DNA of 64,000 nucleotides, from assembly GCA_030265395.1 (NCBI GenBank), contig JARFYF010000063.1, positions 76,126,163 through 76,190,162 on the forward strand. The letters are read 5' to 3'. Below the pieces are notes generated by a model that was not told the DNA's origin, searched no databases, and was given only the letters and a program-made list of their open reading frames with translations. The translations under genes and the position numbers were made by a program. Position 1 is the stretch's first letter. Each line of letters begins with the position of its first letter. Below, piece after piece: positions 1-13,599 of the stretch. The stretch comes from Rhina ancylostomus. Taxonomy: Eukaryota.

Positions 1-139
1 TGATTTTTGGCAGTTGGACAGAAAGCTAAGCATACATTCAGAAGGGAGAAAAACAGAGCTGAAATGCAAAACATTATAAACTAATGAGAGATTTTGGAAA
101 ACAGAGCAAAGGTTAGAAAATTGACAAAAAGGAAGCCTG

Positions 140-2045
140 GCTATGTTTAATGGTACATATCAAATTGCAAGGGCTATAGTGAATAAAGCAGATGTGTTAA
201 GGGCAAAAGAGACACTCGGAAGAATGATATTTTAGCATCATCTGAAATGTTGTTTAACCAGAGCCAGTAAAGACGACAATTCATTTCAGATTAGATGGGT
301 TTAAAAAAAATGGATCGAACAACATTGGTTAAAGAAATAATCACCAGTGTGAAGGGGTCATCAAAAGATGTCGAAGTTGAAATAAACAACAAAAGAAGGG
401 CAGTGATACTGGAACTGAGTTATGGATGTCCAAACGGTCTAAGAGAGAAAGATAAACAGGTTTGCAGGCAAATCTTTGACACGTGTGAAAACATTAGGAC
501 AGTGATATAGGGGTATTTCGATTCCTCTAGTACTAGTTGGGATACAATCAGCATAAGAGACGTGGAAAAGACAGAATTCCTAAATTTGTATTCAGATCCT
601 GCAGGTAGTAAGACCAGCAAGAAGGGGTGTAATCTGGATGTAGTTTTAGGGAACTAAGCTGGACAGATGGAAGAAACAGCAGTGGGATAATTGGTAGTGA
701 TCTTAATTCATTTAGACTTCACAGAGTTAAGGAAAAGACAAAAGTAAAAAGTATAGATTCTAAACTGGAGGAAGACCAATTTTACTAAATTGAAAACTGA
801 TTTTGCAAAAGTAGTCTTGAAATAGATGTTTGATTAAATCAGTCTGAGCAATGGGAGCATTTAAGGATGAGATTCAAGGGGTTCATCGTAAACATTTTCC
901 CCAAAAAAGTGTTGAATTGCAAATTTTGGAGCCCCTTGGATGACATTGGTGCATAGAGGTAGGGGTGGGTAGGAGCAGGGATAAAAAGGAAGCTTTTTCA
1001 GCCACTTCAAGCTTAATGCTGCTGAGAGTTTGAAATAGTGCAGAAAGTGTAGGAATAAAATTATATAGGAAAGCAAAGAAAAATAAAAGCCATGAAAATT
1101 CAAAAATGTTGTGTAGAGGAAATCTGGAGATAGTATAGGGCCTACTGGGGACCAGAAAGTGATGTGAGAGGATATAGGATGTGGGTAATGTTCTTAATAC
1201 CCCATGGATTTCTTTACAAAAGATGGGGGAAATATCAATGTGACAAAAGAGTGTAAAATATTGGAGGGATAAACTTGGTAAAAGAGAAAGTATTGAAGTA
1301 TTCAGCATCTTAAAAATAGTAAGTCATCAGACCTGGGAAGAAATATATCCCTGGTTATTTTAAAATAAGCAAGAGAGGAATTTGCAAAGGTTCTAACGGT
1401 CATTTGGTCTTCCTTTGTGAAATGCCAGAGGATTGGAAGACTGCTAACATTGTAAGGTTGTTTAAAAATGAGGAAGGTATATCCAAGTAATTTCAGGCTA
1501 TTACAGCAAATTACAGACCAATTAGTTTAAATTTGGAATCCATTCAGAGGGGTGGGGGGCATGATAAACCTTCATTTACAAAGGTACAGATTAATTTAGT
1601 ACAGTAACACTTGAGGGAAGATCATGTGTGGCAAGTCGTATTGAATTTTTTTGAGTTGGTAATGAGTTAATGAGGACAGTGCATTTGGTGTTGTCTTTAC
1701 GAACTTGTAGCAAAGCTTCTGACAACATCCCATGTCACAAGCTGGTCAATAAAGTAAAAGCCCACAGGAGAGTGGCAAATTTGAATCCAAAGTTGTACCT
1801 ATGGTTTCTAGCCATCGAGAAAGGTTAATGGTGTTTTTGTGACTGGAAAGCTGTTTTCAGGGGGTTTAGGACTCTGTTCTTGCTTTTAGTAATGTATATT
1901 GAATGATTCAGACATAAATGTAGAGAGCATGATAAAGTTTACAGATAATACATTTGGCTGTGTGGTTAATGATGAGGAAAGTATAGATGATCTGGTCACT
2001 TGGGGTGAAAAGTGACAATTGAAATTCATTCCATCAAGTGCATGT
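140..2045 (+). mobile_element. Heavily decayed CR1-type LINE ORF2 (endonuclease through RT)
   Basis: Remnants of CR1 ORF2 motifs (gccagaggattggaagactgctaacattgta = PEDWKTANIV; aattacagaccaattagttta = NYRPISL; FSKAFD-like segment near 1710) with many stops and indels. Confidence 0.8.
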
Positions 2046-2601
2046 GTTTCCTTCTCCAGAATTAAAAGTACTCCATTAAAACAAGGGGCAGGCTACCAGG
2101 CTGAAGTAGTCATTCAGTTGGTTTGGGTTAACGGCGAGCCTCCACAGCAGATAACCAGCCTAGCAGTCAATTCATCATATGGACTGTGAGTACCTGTGTC
2201 TACTGTGAGTAAAAGTCTGGTTTCCTACAACATGTTGTCCCAAGTTCATGGTATTAAAATGTGACACATTACAATGACGATTAGATTTTCTGCTTGGCTA
2301 ATTCGTATGTTAACCTTTTGTTTCATACAACAATTTTTCAGTGATAGGTGGGTGATACAACAGTTGGTTCCAAATCAAGTTACTTCCATATTCATCATGC
2401 CTGGTCCTCTGCTGTTACTATGAAGTATCAGTTTCTCTATCAGTCGATAGAATACATTCCATTGTCCTTAAATGTATGGGATATAAATACATAGTCACAT
2501 AAAACGCTGCTCAATTTTCAGGGTGGGATGCAGATTTCAGTGTTTAGGATTTATTAGCAGATTAAAGATATTGTTTAATAATGCTTTTTTTTCCTTTTTA
2601 G

Positions 2602-2753
2602 TTTGGTGTTTGGGAACTGTAATGGTATTGCAATGGTTGATTACATTCAGAAGACTGTACTTTTAAACCTGGGCACAATTGAACTCTATGGTTCGAATGA
2701 TCCTTATCAGAGACAACCAAAGTCCCCCCGCAAAACTCGACAGGCCTCAGGAG
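2602..2753 (+). CDS. STXBP5: STXBP5 (tomosyn-1) internal exon, 152 nt, end of WD40 blade / start of hypervariable region
   Basis: ttttag| acceptor and |gtaagc donor. Translates LVFGNCNGIAMVDYIQKTVLLNLGTIELYGSNDPYQRQPKSPRKTRQASG, near-identical to recalled human STXBP5 VVFGNCNGIAMVDYLQKAVLLNLGTIELYGSNDPY. Confidence 0.96.
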
Positions 2754-3699
2754 GTAAGCACCGGTGTTTTCACTTCCTTAGTTCCTGCAGGAGGTGAAGT
2801 GGATTTGATATGCTCAGTGGAAATAAGCACAGTATGTAGAAGGTGCAGTCTGTAGCGTGAAAGCATCAGTTTGGTGGCAGTGCCGTTTATGGCCATCTAT
2901 TGCAAGACAGCATGAAGTGCTGTACAACAGTTGCTACTGCTGTGAGAGGAAGGTTTTCTTCTGAAATGAGCATCATCAGTCTGCATTCAGTGAACCACTC
3001 CTTTATTATCAATCTTTAGAAATAGGATCAAACAAGCTGGCCTGTACACAGCACATTAAAAATTTCTCATGGAAAGACCCATAAATTAAAATCAATGGAC
3101 AAGGAATTAACTGAAATAGAGCAAGAGCTGAGTGTTTTTTAATCACGCAAGGGTGGCAGGACTGAATAAAATGTCCAGCCTTTTGTGTGGCAGTTTCTAA
3201 GGTTATGATGTAGCATCTGCAATCAACAAACTTTATGGGCTTAATGGTCCCTTGAGCTTTATTAGTCCATATTAATAAATAAATGCAATCTTAAAAAAAT
3301 GTTAAACATAGGGAATTATGCATAAGTGGTGGAAATGGCCTAATAAAATAACATAGAGAAAATGTAATAGCCCAAATGAGTGGCAGGTGAAATTCAGTAT
3401 AGCTATATAAAATATTACAAGCTGAAAGACAAAAAGGTTAGATGTAATGAATAACCTGCCTGGCAGAAATTTACAAAAAACAATATTTACAGGTCTGTGA
3501 GATCATAGGACTGACATGATGGAGGGAATAATCTCTCAAGGGACAAGGTAGTACAGCCCAGAATTAGCATCAGCAGCTGAGCAACAGTGCTCACCATTGA
3601 CCTCACTGAGAGCTTCCCACAAAGATCTAGCAATCTCTGGTAAGATTTTCTCCTATTTTTGATGTTGGACACCAGTTTAAGGGGATTCCTGGTGTCCAG

Positions 3700-4085
3700 T
3701 AGCTGAACAGCCAACTACGTTAAGATGTTCCAGTATAGTTGTCACACAGGCACTTATCTGGCGATGGGGAAAGTTGGTTACATATCTCCTGTTCTCAAAA
3801 AGCAGGACAATCCAACCCAACTAATTACCAGTCAGTTTATCCTCCATCATTGGCAGTGCGATGAAAAGTGTCACCAGCAGTACCATCAAGCTGCACTTGC
3901 TTATCAATAACCAGCTCACCAATGCTCAGTTTAAGTTTCACTCAGATCACTCACCTGCACATCTTGATCTTGACATGGACCAAAGAGTGACCTCCTGAGA
4001 CAAGGACAACTGCATCTGGCATATACACAGCATTTGTTGGAGTGTAATGTTGATAAATACATGGACTAAAGCAATGTAGTTCATC
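3700..4085 (+). mobile_element. LINE RT fragment (CR1/L2 group)
   Basis: FQYSCHTGTYLAMGKVGYISPVLKKQDNPT resembles the LINE RT N-terminal WKxAxVxPVxKK...NYRP segment. Confidence 0.65.
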
Positions 4086-5399
4086 AATGGGACTGAACTT
4101 CCTGAGATTCCCCAGCATACCACTAGGAAGCAGACATTGGTCCTATGCCAGGTCAGATATGGCACATGATCTGAGACCTAATTGATTAAATGGGGTCTTG
4201 GGCACAGATTTAGAAAGCAACATAAAAGGTAAGTAATTTTTAAAAAAATTATTCTGCCATATTTTACTGTTTTCAACTTTTTCTAAACTTTTTGTTTTCT
4301 CTGAGCTTGGTCATTTTCATTTTTTTTTTAATCATTTCAATTCTATTAATTTCCTAATGATTCTCAGACTTAGAAGCATTTTGGGAAAAATAAGTCTATC
4401 AAAATCATCGACACCCTTGACAGATGATAAACTTCTGCCCCAATCTTTGCTGCTCAAGGGTATTTCTGGAGTCTGTGCTTCCTGTGACCCAGTTGTCATT
4501 TGGAGGTCGCCATTGTACTCCAGGATGTGGAGAGCCATAGAGTTGGGCCCTCCTCAACTGGTGATCCATGCAGGAATGTGGGTAGTACCAGTAGCCAGCA
4601 ATTCCAAGTGGGATCAGGTCAGCACAATCTGAACTAATAAGGAATTGCACTAATTGACAACCAGAGAACAAACAGTAACATATTTAACTTTCTAAACATT
4701 ATACAAGGGTCTTCACTATATGGTTAAGGTAGAATCTAAAATGTAAATAAGGAACTTTAAAATACAACACAATTACATATGTCCATGTGGTTTGCTAACT
4801 GGCATTTATGGCTTTACTATGTCTTTTTAAAAACTTGCGTGACACGTTGTAGGGTTTGGGGGAATTTTACACTGGCAGTAGGAAATAGCATAAATTAGCA
4901 TAAGAATTTAATTGCGTAGAGAAATCTGCAAGAAATGGATCTTATGGAGGATGCTAAATCATTGACAGCAACTTGAAGATTTGCACATTAAACTAAACAT
5001 GTGGGGAAATCCCTATGTTACTACTGTCTATTTCACAGAATAATGACACCAATTGTTTTTCCATCATTACTACCACAAGCCCCAGGCCAATAGATGTAAC
5101 TGAAGCTGCAATAGAAAGTGAAATGGAACTTACTATAGATAAATATTTCACTGTAGAGGAAGAATAAACATAATGAATAAAGCATTTCACTTGATTATTG
5201 AATATACAATTTGGCTCATGTGGAGCCAAAACTCTGCAGTATCCTGTATGTCATTAGAACTTTAATACCTACATTCAATTTGAGTCACCCAAATAGACAT
5301 TGCAGAGAAGCTCTACAAAGCTAATCTTAGCCTTCGAGTTTGAAAGATTGGGACAACCTAACACAGGAAACAAGATGGAAAATATGAAAGGTAAATTAA

Positions 5400-5780
5400 G
5401 AATCGAGCATACTTTATTGTAAGTGAGGATGTTGGAGCAAGGGTCCACAAGTTAAAACTAGTGTAGACTGTTTAGCACAGATGGGAGGAAGGAATTCTTT
5501 GCAGAAAGATTGTGTAAGACATGGAATGGATTTAAGTAAANNNNNNNNNNNNNNNNNNNNNNNNNNNNNNNNNNNNNNNNNNNNNNNNNNNNNNNNNNNN
5601 NNNNNNNNNNNNNNNNNNNNNNNNNNNNNNNNNNNNNNNNGAATGGATTTAAGTAAATGAGAAACTCATTCAAGAATGGGAGTTGGGAGGGTGGACCAGG
5701 TTCAGTTAGTGGAACGGTGTTTTGGCATTTGAATTATGAGGTAGGTATAATTGCACCAAATTATTTCCATTTTTCTGTTA
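5400..5780 (+). mobile_element. CR1 3' end fragment spanning an assembly gap
   Basis: Similar to other CR1 3' ends in the window (gggtccacaagttaaaa...aggaattcttt...atggaat). Confidence 0.5.
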
Positions 5781-7396
5781 GAATGGTAGGACACTGTTTA
5801 AAGAATATTGAGAAGGAAATCTATGTTTGAGCATGCATTTCTTGATGCCAAATGTAATACTAAGCTCATTTGTTCTGTTCATAATCCACTAACTGCTCAG
5901 TATGGAAGAGTTAATGTAATTCTTGAAGTATTTTGAAAGTCAGAATTAGACAAGCCAGTAAGTGGAAATGTAGAAATATCATGTTCAAAAATGACTGTTT
6001 CAGAAATGTTTCATTTCTTTATCACTGCCTTGTTAGATGACAGAAGCAGAATAAACATCATTGAAGTCCATTGATGAGTGTTAAATTTCTGGGGATAACA
6101 TTGCATGAAATGTCAAAATAGCTTGAAATTTTATAAGATTTCAACTACAATTCCCTTTACCTTGGACTTTAGGAGACAAAAATAAACCACCTGGGCACAT
6201 TTACAAATTTCCTTCACCTTGTGGAAACATGCAACTTTATCAGACAAGCTTTTATTGTGATCTGTGCTACTCATGTAATTTTGTTCTATCCTTTGAATCT
6301 TACATTATTAATATAGTCACCCATACATTGTTATATGTTTGTGTAGCTACTTGATTAATGTTATGTATTTGTCCCATGCCATTTAATAAAGATATTTGTT
6401 GGCCACCTGTTCAAAGATGAACAGCTAATTGCTGATGCCCTTCTGTGAAAGTATTTTTGACTCTCTGGTCATTGCATGCAATTAGTCCATTAACAGCCTT
6501 GTGTGGTAGGTAAGTGCTTAGTACATATACCAGCTATCATCCCCATTAAGAGCTGCATGTTGTACTGAGGTATCACTGCCTGTCATGATAACACCAGTTA
6601 TAAATTTTAGATGAGCAGTAATGTGAGGATTGTAACCAGGTGCACGAAGCTCCATGATCCCTTCCCTCTCAGCCCTCAAGAAGGAAGCTCTTAAAATCCT
6701 GGCTCGGGAGGTCAGGGGTGGTAAAAGGGAGTCATGGTGTGTTCTGGGCATTTGCTTCTCTGATAACACCAAGTACCACAGCAAGAATATATGTAGCACC
6801 TTAACTGAGATAAGNNNNNNNNNNGTTTACTCAACATGACGCCCTTTAAGATGTATTGGTTTCTAACTTCCAAGCCTAATTTCCCTCTTCCATTAAAGGA
6901 CTCTTGGTCACTGCTAACATGGAGGGCTCTTGGAGGCAGCCATTTTTAAATGACTAAACCATAACATAATGAAATCTGCAGAACATTGTTGTTAATTTCA
7001 TTTTACTGTGACTTGCACCTTCTGTAAGTCCATAATTTAAATTATGCAGTAACTTTCTGAATCCCTGTCAGTTGGATGGATAGAAAACTAATCTGATAAT
7101 ACACCTTGTAGGCTTTTTTAATCTTAATTGTTTTAGTCCTCCAAATGTCAGCATGTTTGTGTATTCCTGTCATTTGCTCTTTTTCAGTAACATATAATTT
7201 GCTTACACATCACAAATATAGCATTGAGGTCAGAAAAGGGTCATGAGAAATAGCTCCTAGTGATGTCTGATTTTACTTTCCCATCTTTGTAAAGATTGCA
7301 TTATCTTTTGATATGTTCTAAGTTTTGTTCTGCAGGTTATTACAGCCAAAAGACTATTTTGGTGTTGTGCTCTTTCTTTTCCCATTGCATCCTAAG

Positions 7397-7480
7397 GCAT
7401 GCTGACGGTGACTTCTTGCATGTGTGGTCTTTCTAGTTTGTATTCTGAGTCTGTGAAAAGACTTCGTTCTTCATATCTAA
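7397..7480 (+). CDS. STXBP5: Candidate cassette exon (84 nt, phase 1-1), similar to a tomosyn-2 HVR exon
   Basis: Pyrimidine tract tctttcttttcccattgcatcctaag| and consensus donor |gtaagt. Open in the frame of the flanking exons: (G)MLTVTSCMCGLSSLYSESVKRLRSSYL(S), similar to recalled STXBP5L DNFCMRGLSNFYPDLTKRIRTSYQS. Confidence 0.75.
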
Positions 7481-9569
7481 GTAAGTTATGATGATACAAA
7501 TTTCTGTCTTGCTCTTTGCTTCTGATGTTACTATAGATAGCATAAGCCATTGAAATCAGTGCAACCTGCATATCCCCTTTTTTATAACAACTCATAGGGT
7601 GAGTTGTAAAGAATATATTCTCTGCTTTGGTTACATGATGCCTGGAGGCACTCAAAAGTTTTTTTCAATCTCAGTTACATAAGAAGGAACTTGTAGTAAG
7701 CAGTTTTTGAGATGGGAGCTGAAGTTTTGCGAGAGAAAATTTCACTGACGAGCCAAACGCAGTTAACAGGCCACATTGCACCTGGTCTCTGCCTCCCCAC
7801 CCCCATACCAGCTCTGTGTACACTACAGTTATCCAGTAGCTCTGTATGGGGCTGCCAGCTAGCAATCAGCATGTTCTCTCCTAATGTTTTGTTTGGGCTT
7901 GTTGGTCATTATCATCAACCAAATGGGGATATCAGTTCATTAATCTGTAACAACTCAGAACAATAATCAAATCTGTCATTATCAGTGAAGCCCCAATACA
8001 GTGCCCACCCTCAACAGAGTATCAAAAGTCATTAAATAGCTGCTGAAATTCGCATACTAAAGTACTAACAGGGTGCATTGTGGCAGGTTTTTCTGCAATG
8101 AAGGGGAATGCTTCATAGCTCATGACATTCCTTTGATTCTATGGAAATTGAACCAGAGCAGGTCTGATGCTAGAGTCCAAATTGGAAATGGTGATAACTA
8201 AAGTCTCTTAACATTTTGTCATGCCTTTTCCCATGATCAGAAGGATGGTCATTTGGTCAGTTTTTGAGTCATCCATTCGGAAAGACACAGCAGTTCCCCT
8301 TAAATGATTTCAGAATTTTCACCTTCATGATCTGTCTGATGATCATGTACTGACTGCTTTTGTGAAGAGCTGTATATGAATCCTAGATTTTCCTTTTGAT
8401 TTAAATCCATCCTCTGTTCATAATATTAAAGAAAGGATAGTATTCCAGATGAAGTCCATCCCAGAAACTAGCCAAAAAGTGAAGAATAGCAGTGAGAAAT
8501 TGGAATCATTACTGTCCATTTTTGATATGCTATGGGTATCCCCAGAGCTCCAGAAAAAGGCATGCATGGCATATTTGTGGGGAGTATCACTCTGAGATCA
8601 GTGGTTTAAGTGCAGAGGATGCCTGCCAGAAGTATGCAGATCAGACATCACGAAATCAGTCAGCATGCAATGCTGTTTAGATACTAGCACACCTTTATAT
8701 TTTGGAGCTCACCACTGCAGCCAGCAGGTTCCCTCACATGGCTTAATGTGCATTCATCAACTGGAAGGACCCACCCCAGTGATGTACAATTTAGTTGCTG
8801 GTTGATTTCTTCTGTCTCTTGCTTTGATTCTACATGTAGCCGGTAATTTCTAGAGTTTATTTCAAGTTGAGAAATTATGGGTGGTAGCTGTTGAAGGAGT
8901 TTTGTTGATTTCAAAGCTTCTGAATAAACTAGTTGGTACGTCACACAGGTACACCAGAAGGCACCGCATTTGAGTGCAACATAAACAGTGTGTCCACAGA
9001 AACATAAGAAGGAGAAGAGTTCTCAAAAGGAGACTGTATTTGCCCAGTGTGTTAAATAAGCATTTCTCCCACAACCTCATGTAGAATGTGTAGCATCTGT
9101 GCTTCACTAATCTCCTCACTGAGACCTATGATAGCTAGCCAATCAAAGATCTTGTGGTGAGAGGCTGACAGGGTAATGAGGGAATTAAGGTTTGGTCTGT
9201 CTCCTTCCAGTATGGAAAGATTTGTGTCAGTTCAGAGTTTACCACTCTCACCACAGTTATATAGGACAAATCTCTAAGGCTTGTTACTCCAAGAGCTGGC
9301 TACATTTCATTCTTCCTTCCACCTGTCATTGATCTTGTCCCCATCCACATCGCCACAATGCAGAATGAAAGGCTACCACAAAACAAACATTCTAGTCTAA
9401 ATTTACAAATGAGATCATGCCATTTTATATTTAAGAATTAACTAATCACCTTGGCCCACGTGCCTTTCCTTCCTGTGTTCTTTGCTTGTCCCTACTGATT
9501 TAACACGGTACTATCACAATGGCCGCACTGCCTGGTGGAAGGCTGTTGACGACTTTTGGAGGAGATTTA

Positions 9570-9725
9570 AAACCATAGAACAATATGGCACAATGCAGGC
9601 CCTTCGGCCCGCCATGTTGTACCGCCCATCAGTCCACACCTCACACTATCTAACCCTTTCCTCGCACATATCCCTCTACCCCACATTCCTCCATATGCCT
9701 ATCCAACAATCTCTTGAACAGGTTT
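9570..9725 (-). mobile_element. CR1/HER1-type 3' tail, antisense
   Basis: accatagaacaatatggcacaatgcaggcccttcggccc is the reverse complement of the tail at 16980-17020. Confidence 0.75.
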
Positions 9726-10599
9726 AAGACAGGTTTTGAAGCTAACCTCAAAGCTCTGGACACACATGGCTTGCCTATCTACTGCACTGCCTTGGCAGGG
9801 GTGACACCAGTCTGGACTAGGTGGCTGACAGATGACAGGGAGGGCATCCCTGCGTGATATGTGTGGGAGGGCATGTATGTTCCGAAGAGAGGACAATGTG
9901 TTCATGTTCTATGGAACCACTACCAAAGCAGTCTTCCACATAAATATTGTTGGAATTCCTGGACTGCTGTCACTTTCAATTCCCTTTGCGTATTAAAAAT
10001 CCACAGCATTGATGGCAGGAGGTTGAACTTCCATCACAGCAAGCTGACATTGCTTGACAGTTACCTGAGTTTCCACGATGGTACTCGGACATTGAGTGGA
10101 TGTTGCAATTAGTTGGGTTTGCCATTGAGCATCACTTGCACACTGCAAAGGATAGGTTCTAACCTCTTATTAAAGCCCATGTTGGTGCTATATCCCACCA
10201 TGTTCCTTGACATTAAATTCAGAACATCTGGCAGGTTTTACAATGCACCAAGTATTTCATTGTGCATACCCACTGGCTTTCTTCTGTAGTATACCCCATG
10301 GAAGTCCTCATTCGAGCCCTATGCAGCAGAACTTCCACCTGACTTCACCCCCTAAAGCGATACTGCTGACCCTATCCTTGTCCCTGAACTAGGCTGCAGA
10401 CAAAGTTTGATGACTTATCAGGGACACATCCAGCCTGGATCTTTTACTCCAAATTCCCTGCAGTTTCTGTATAAAAACGAATGACAGCATTTGTAAAAAT
10501 CAGTGTGCTCCTTCTTTGTGAATGTCTTTTTGTTCACCCACTGCCAAACCAGTAAACTTCAACTAAAAATTATCTCTGCCTGTGTTACAATCATAATAT

Positions 10600-11310
10600 T
10601 ATTAGGATGTACAAAACAGGAGCAGTAGTCCAGTTAGCTCCTCAAATGCACTTCACCATTTAATAAGGTCATGGCTGATCCAAACTTGTGCGTAACACAA
10701 CTTTCTTATTTTCTCCCCATACCCTTTGATTCCCTTCCAATTTAAACGTCTGTCACTCCTTGAAGATATTCAGTGACTCTGCCTCTATAGCTCTTTGGAA
10801 TAGAGAATTTCAAAGATTAATGACCCTCTGAGAGGGGAAAAAAATTCCCTCATCATCTCTGTCTGAAATGGGTGACTCCCTTATCCAAAAGTTGTGCCCC
10901 CATACTTGTAGACAGCCCTTCTAGAGAAACATCCACTCTGCATGCATCCCATAGAGCTTTATTTCCATAAGATCACCACTCAATGGAGTAAAGAAGAATG
11001 AGAGTAGGCTCAACATTTCATTTGTCAAATCCTTGTCCCAGGAATCAACCTAGTGACCCTCCTGATGAAAACAGATTCCTCCTTAAATATAGAAACCAAA
11101 ACTATAGGTTGTACTCCAGTTGTGGTCTTATCAATGCCCTTTAAAATTGCATCAAAATTTCCCTGATTTGATGTTGCTTAACCCTTGCAGTTAAACCAAT
11201 ATTCCATTAGCCTTAATTACTTGCTGTAGCTGCATGCTTTTTAAATCTTTCTGTACAAGGACCCCTAAATCCCTTTGTACTAACACATTTTGTGGTCTCA
11301 TTCTGTTTAA
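10600..11310 (-). mobile_element. CR1 3' region, antisense
   Basis: Reverse complement of the typical CR1 RT end/3' UTR (aacaggagcag..., atacccttgattccc, gtactccagttgtggtct). Confidence 0.75.
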
Positions 11311-12177
11311 TAAAATGCAATTAAGTTGAAGAGTAGGATGAATATTTGACTTCAAGAAATAAAATTACCATTCAATGGTAATTAATTGGGTTTTGGAGTT
11401 TCAAGGATCATATAGCCCAGACTGTCACCTCAGTTATCCTATAATGTATCCTCATATAGTTTCCTGACCATAGAGTGGTGTACATGCACAATATACAATT
11501 TTGCACATCACCCATGTAAGTTTCAGAAGATTTAACGTTCTGGAGAAATTGTTTCCAATGGAAAACTTAACCACACAAAGAGACTTTGAAGGAAATATAA
11601 CAAAGAGATGGACTTGTTCATGTCAGTGCTTTGGAAGATTGGGATTGAAAGGGGGAGTTGATGTCTAGAAGACTGCCATTTGGGCCATCTCACAAAATAC
11701 ATTTAACACTCTCAACAATAGTTGTGCTTTAGATAGATTAACAGGTAATGCTCTCTGTTAGTCAGACTTCAGAGAAGGGAAACTAAGATATTTTACTTCA
11801 GTATTTGTAGGATATTTGCCCCAAGGGACTTGAGTGACATGTTCAAGAGATGTAATGGGCATACTTCAAACTTCTCTGGACTCCTTCCACCTTGGATCAA
11901 TGCGTTTCATAAATGTTGTGTGAAGATCCATAGATACCCCATTCTCATTATACTGGAATAAAGTTTTTCTTTGTTCCCCAAATACTTTCCATAGTAATTT
12001 CAGCTTCATTTTTCTTAAATAGTTGCTTCTGTCCATTTTTGCGTGGATATATCTCTTTGAAACATTTTGGGATGGTTTTTCTGCATTAAAGACACTAAAT
12101 ATTAATTACCTACTTATAACTAGAAGCTGTCCGTTATCAGCATCACTAAGTAATAACAAGTTGATTTTCTTTGCTAG

Positions 12178-12240
12178 GTCTCTGTGATATCAATGAAAGT
12201 TCCACAGCTCTGGATGACCGTTGCAAGTCTCCCACATCAG
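12178..12240 (+). CDS. STXBP5: STXBP5 HVR exon, 63 nt
   Basis: ttgctag| and |gtaagt. Translates GLCDINESSTALDDRCKSPTS (recalled human GLCDISEGTVVPEDRCKSPTS). Confidence 0.93.
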
Positions 12241-12960
12241 GTAAGTCTGTCAATATGCAAGGACTCTCAGCTTCATGATTTTGTTATTTGGGGGTTGGGA
12301 GGAATTGTTGATTAATTTAAAATGTGATACTTGTATGTTAAGTGGATGTGAGGAGGAGCATGGTATAACAATCAGACATGAACATGGTTTGTCTATTATA
12401 AAATCCAGTGGAAGAATGAACTATTGATCTCACATCTTGACATTTTCAAGTGTGACAATATGCATAGTTAATATGTGAAGGCAAATAGCAGCTTTCCATT
12501 TCACATCAATTTATTGAATTTATGGTGGTTTACCATTAAAGGGAAGAAAAATGGAAGCTGTCTGACCATTTTACAGCAGTGCAATTCTGAATTACTTCCT
12601 AGTTTCTGTGATTCAGATGTATGCCCTTTGTAATCAAGACACCAGTGGTGGTTTAGACATCCTTACAACATCTGACCAAGCACTGGTGAGGTGCTGCAAC
12701 AGCCTGTTGGCTGAGGTGTATTGTCATATCACCATTGTTAATTCTATAGGCATGTGTAACCAAATAGTGTCATTTTTGGCGCTGAAAATTGTTAACAGCT
12801 TTGAATAACTAATTTACTTGAAATGTGAACATTTGTGTGTGGTATTAAAATGAACAGATTNNNNNNNNNNNNNNNNNNNNNNNNNNNNNNNNNNNNNNNN
12901 NNNNNNNNNNNNNNNNNNNNNNNNNNNNNNNNNNNNNNNNNNNNNNNNNNNNNNNNNNNN

Positions 12961-13092
12961 TTGGGGAATTAAAAGTTATGGGGAAAAGGCAGGTAGGTGG
13001 ATCTGAGTCCATGGCCAGATCAGCCATGATCTTATTGAATGGCTCAATGGGCCAGATAGCCAACTCCTGCTCCCGTTTCTTATGTTCTTAAT
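12961..13092 (+). mobile_element. CR1 3' tail, relatively intact, next to a gap
   Basis: ggttatggg-like start, agatcagccatgatcttattgaatgg...actcctgctcccgtttcttatgttctta. Confidence 0.75.
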
Positions 13093-13599
13093 TTATTCTT
13101 TTGGACCCCACCACTGTAAAATTCTATTGCATGTAAGCTGAAGATGTGCTATATATGGTATTTCTAAATCGTCACCATTTTAAGGTGAATGCCTGGGGGT
13201 TGAGACAGATTTAAAATAAACATGTAAGCTGTCTCAATAATTGTTTTTAAATAGGCATGTTTCTGGGCCATGTCACCTAAAACCTTAAAAAATGTTAAGA
13301 GCCATTTGTCTTCACAGCAATTTTTAAAGCAATTTAATTCAAACTAATCTCAGTGATACATCTCAGTGAGGAGAGAACCGATCTAAAACTTATCCAATAT
13401 CGAAAATTTTAACATAGGATTCCATAATTTAGCCCAGGGCAATGTAGAATATTTGTCTCTTGTGCTGTTATTACCTTTTACCTAACAGATGTGATTTACT
13501 TATTTAATACCAACTAGGTATGATATGGAATTAGCTCCTAAATTATTGTTCCTGCTAGGGATATGTAGCATCTTTACTTTGGCAAAACAGGTATGCTGA

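Noticed and set aside
5524-5657. 17-bp direct repeat gaatggatttaagtaaa on both sides of a 100-N gap (possible TSD)
   Set aside because: It abuts the gap exactly on both sides, so it is most likely an unmerged contig overlap.
7437-7480. Shorter 44-nt version of the candidate exon using the ttctag acceptor
   Set aside because: It would frameshift into TGA and cut off the conserved CMxGLS part; the 7397 acceptor has the better pyrimidine tract and keeps frame.
7488-7525. ATGATGA ... CTGA resembling C/D snoRNA boxes
   Set aside because: The spacing is too short and there is no terminal stem.
8430-10450. Stretch that looks like an old coding or retroelement remnant
   Set aside because: I could not recover any diagnostic motif in six frames, so it is left unassigned.
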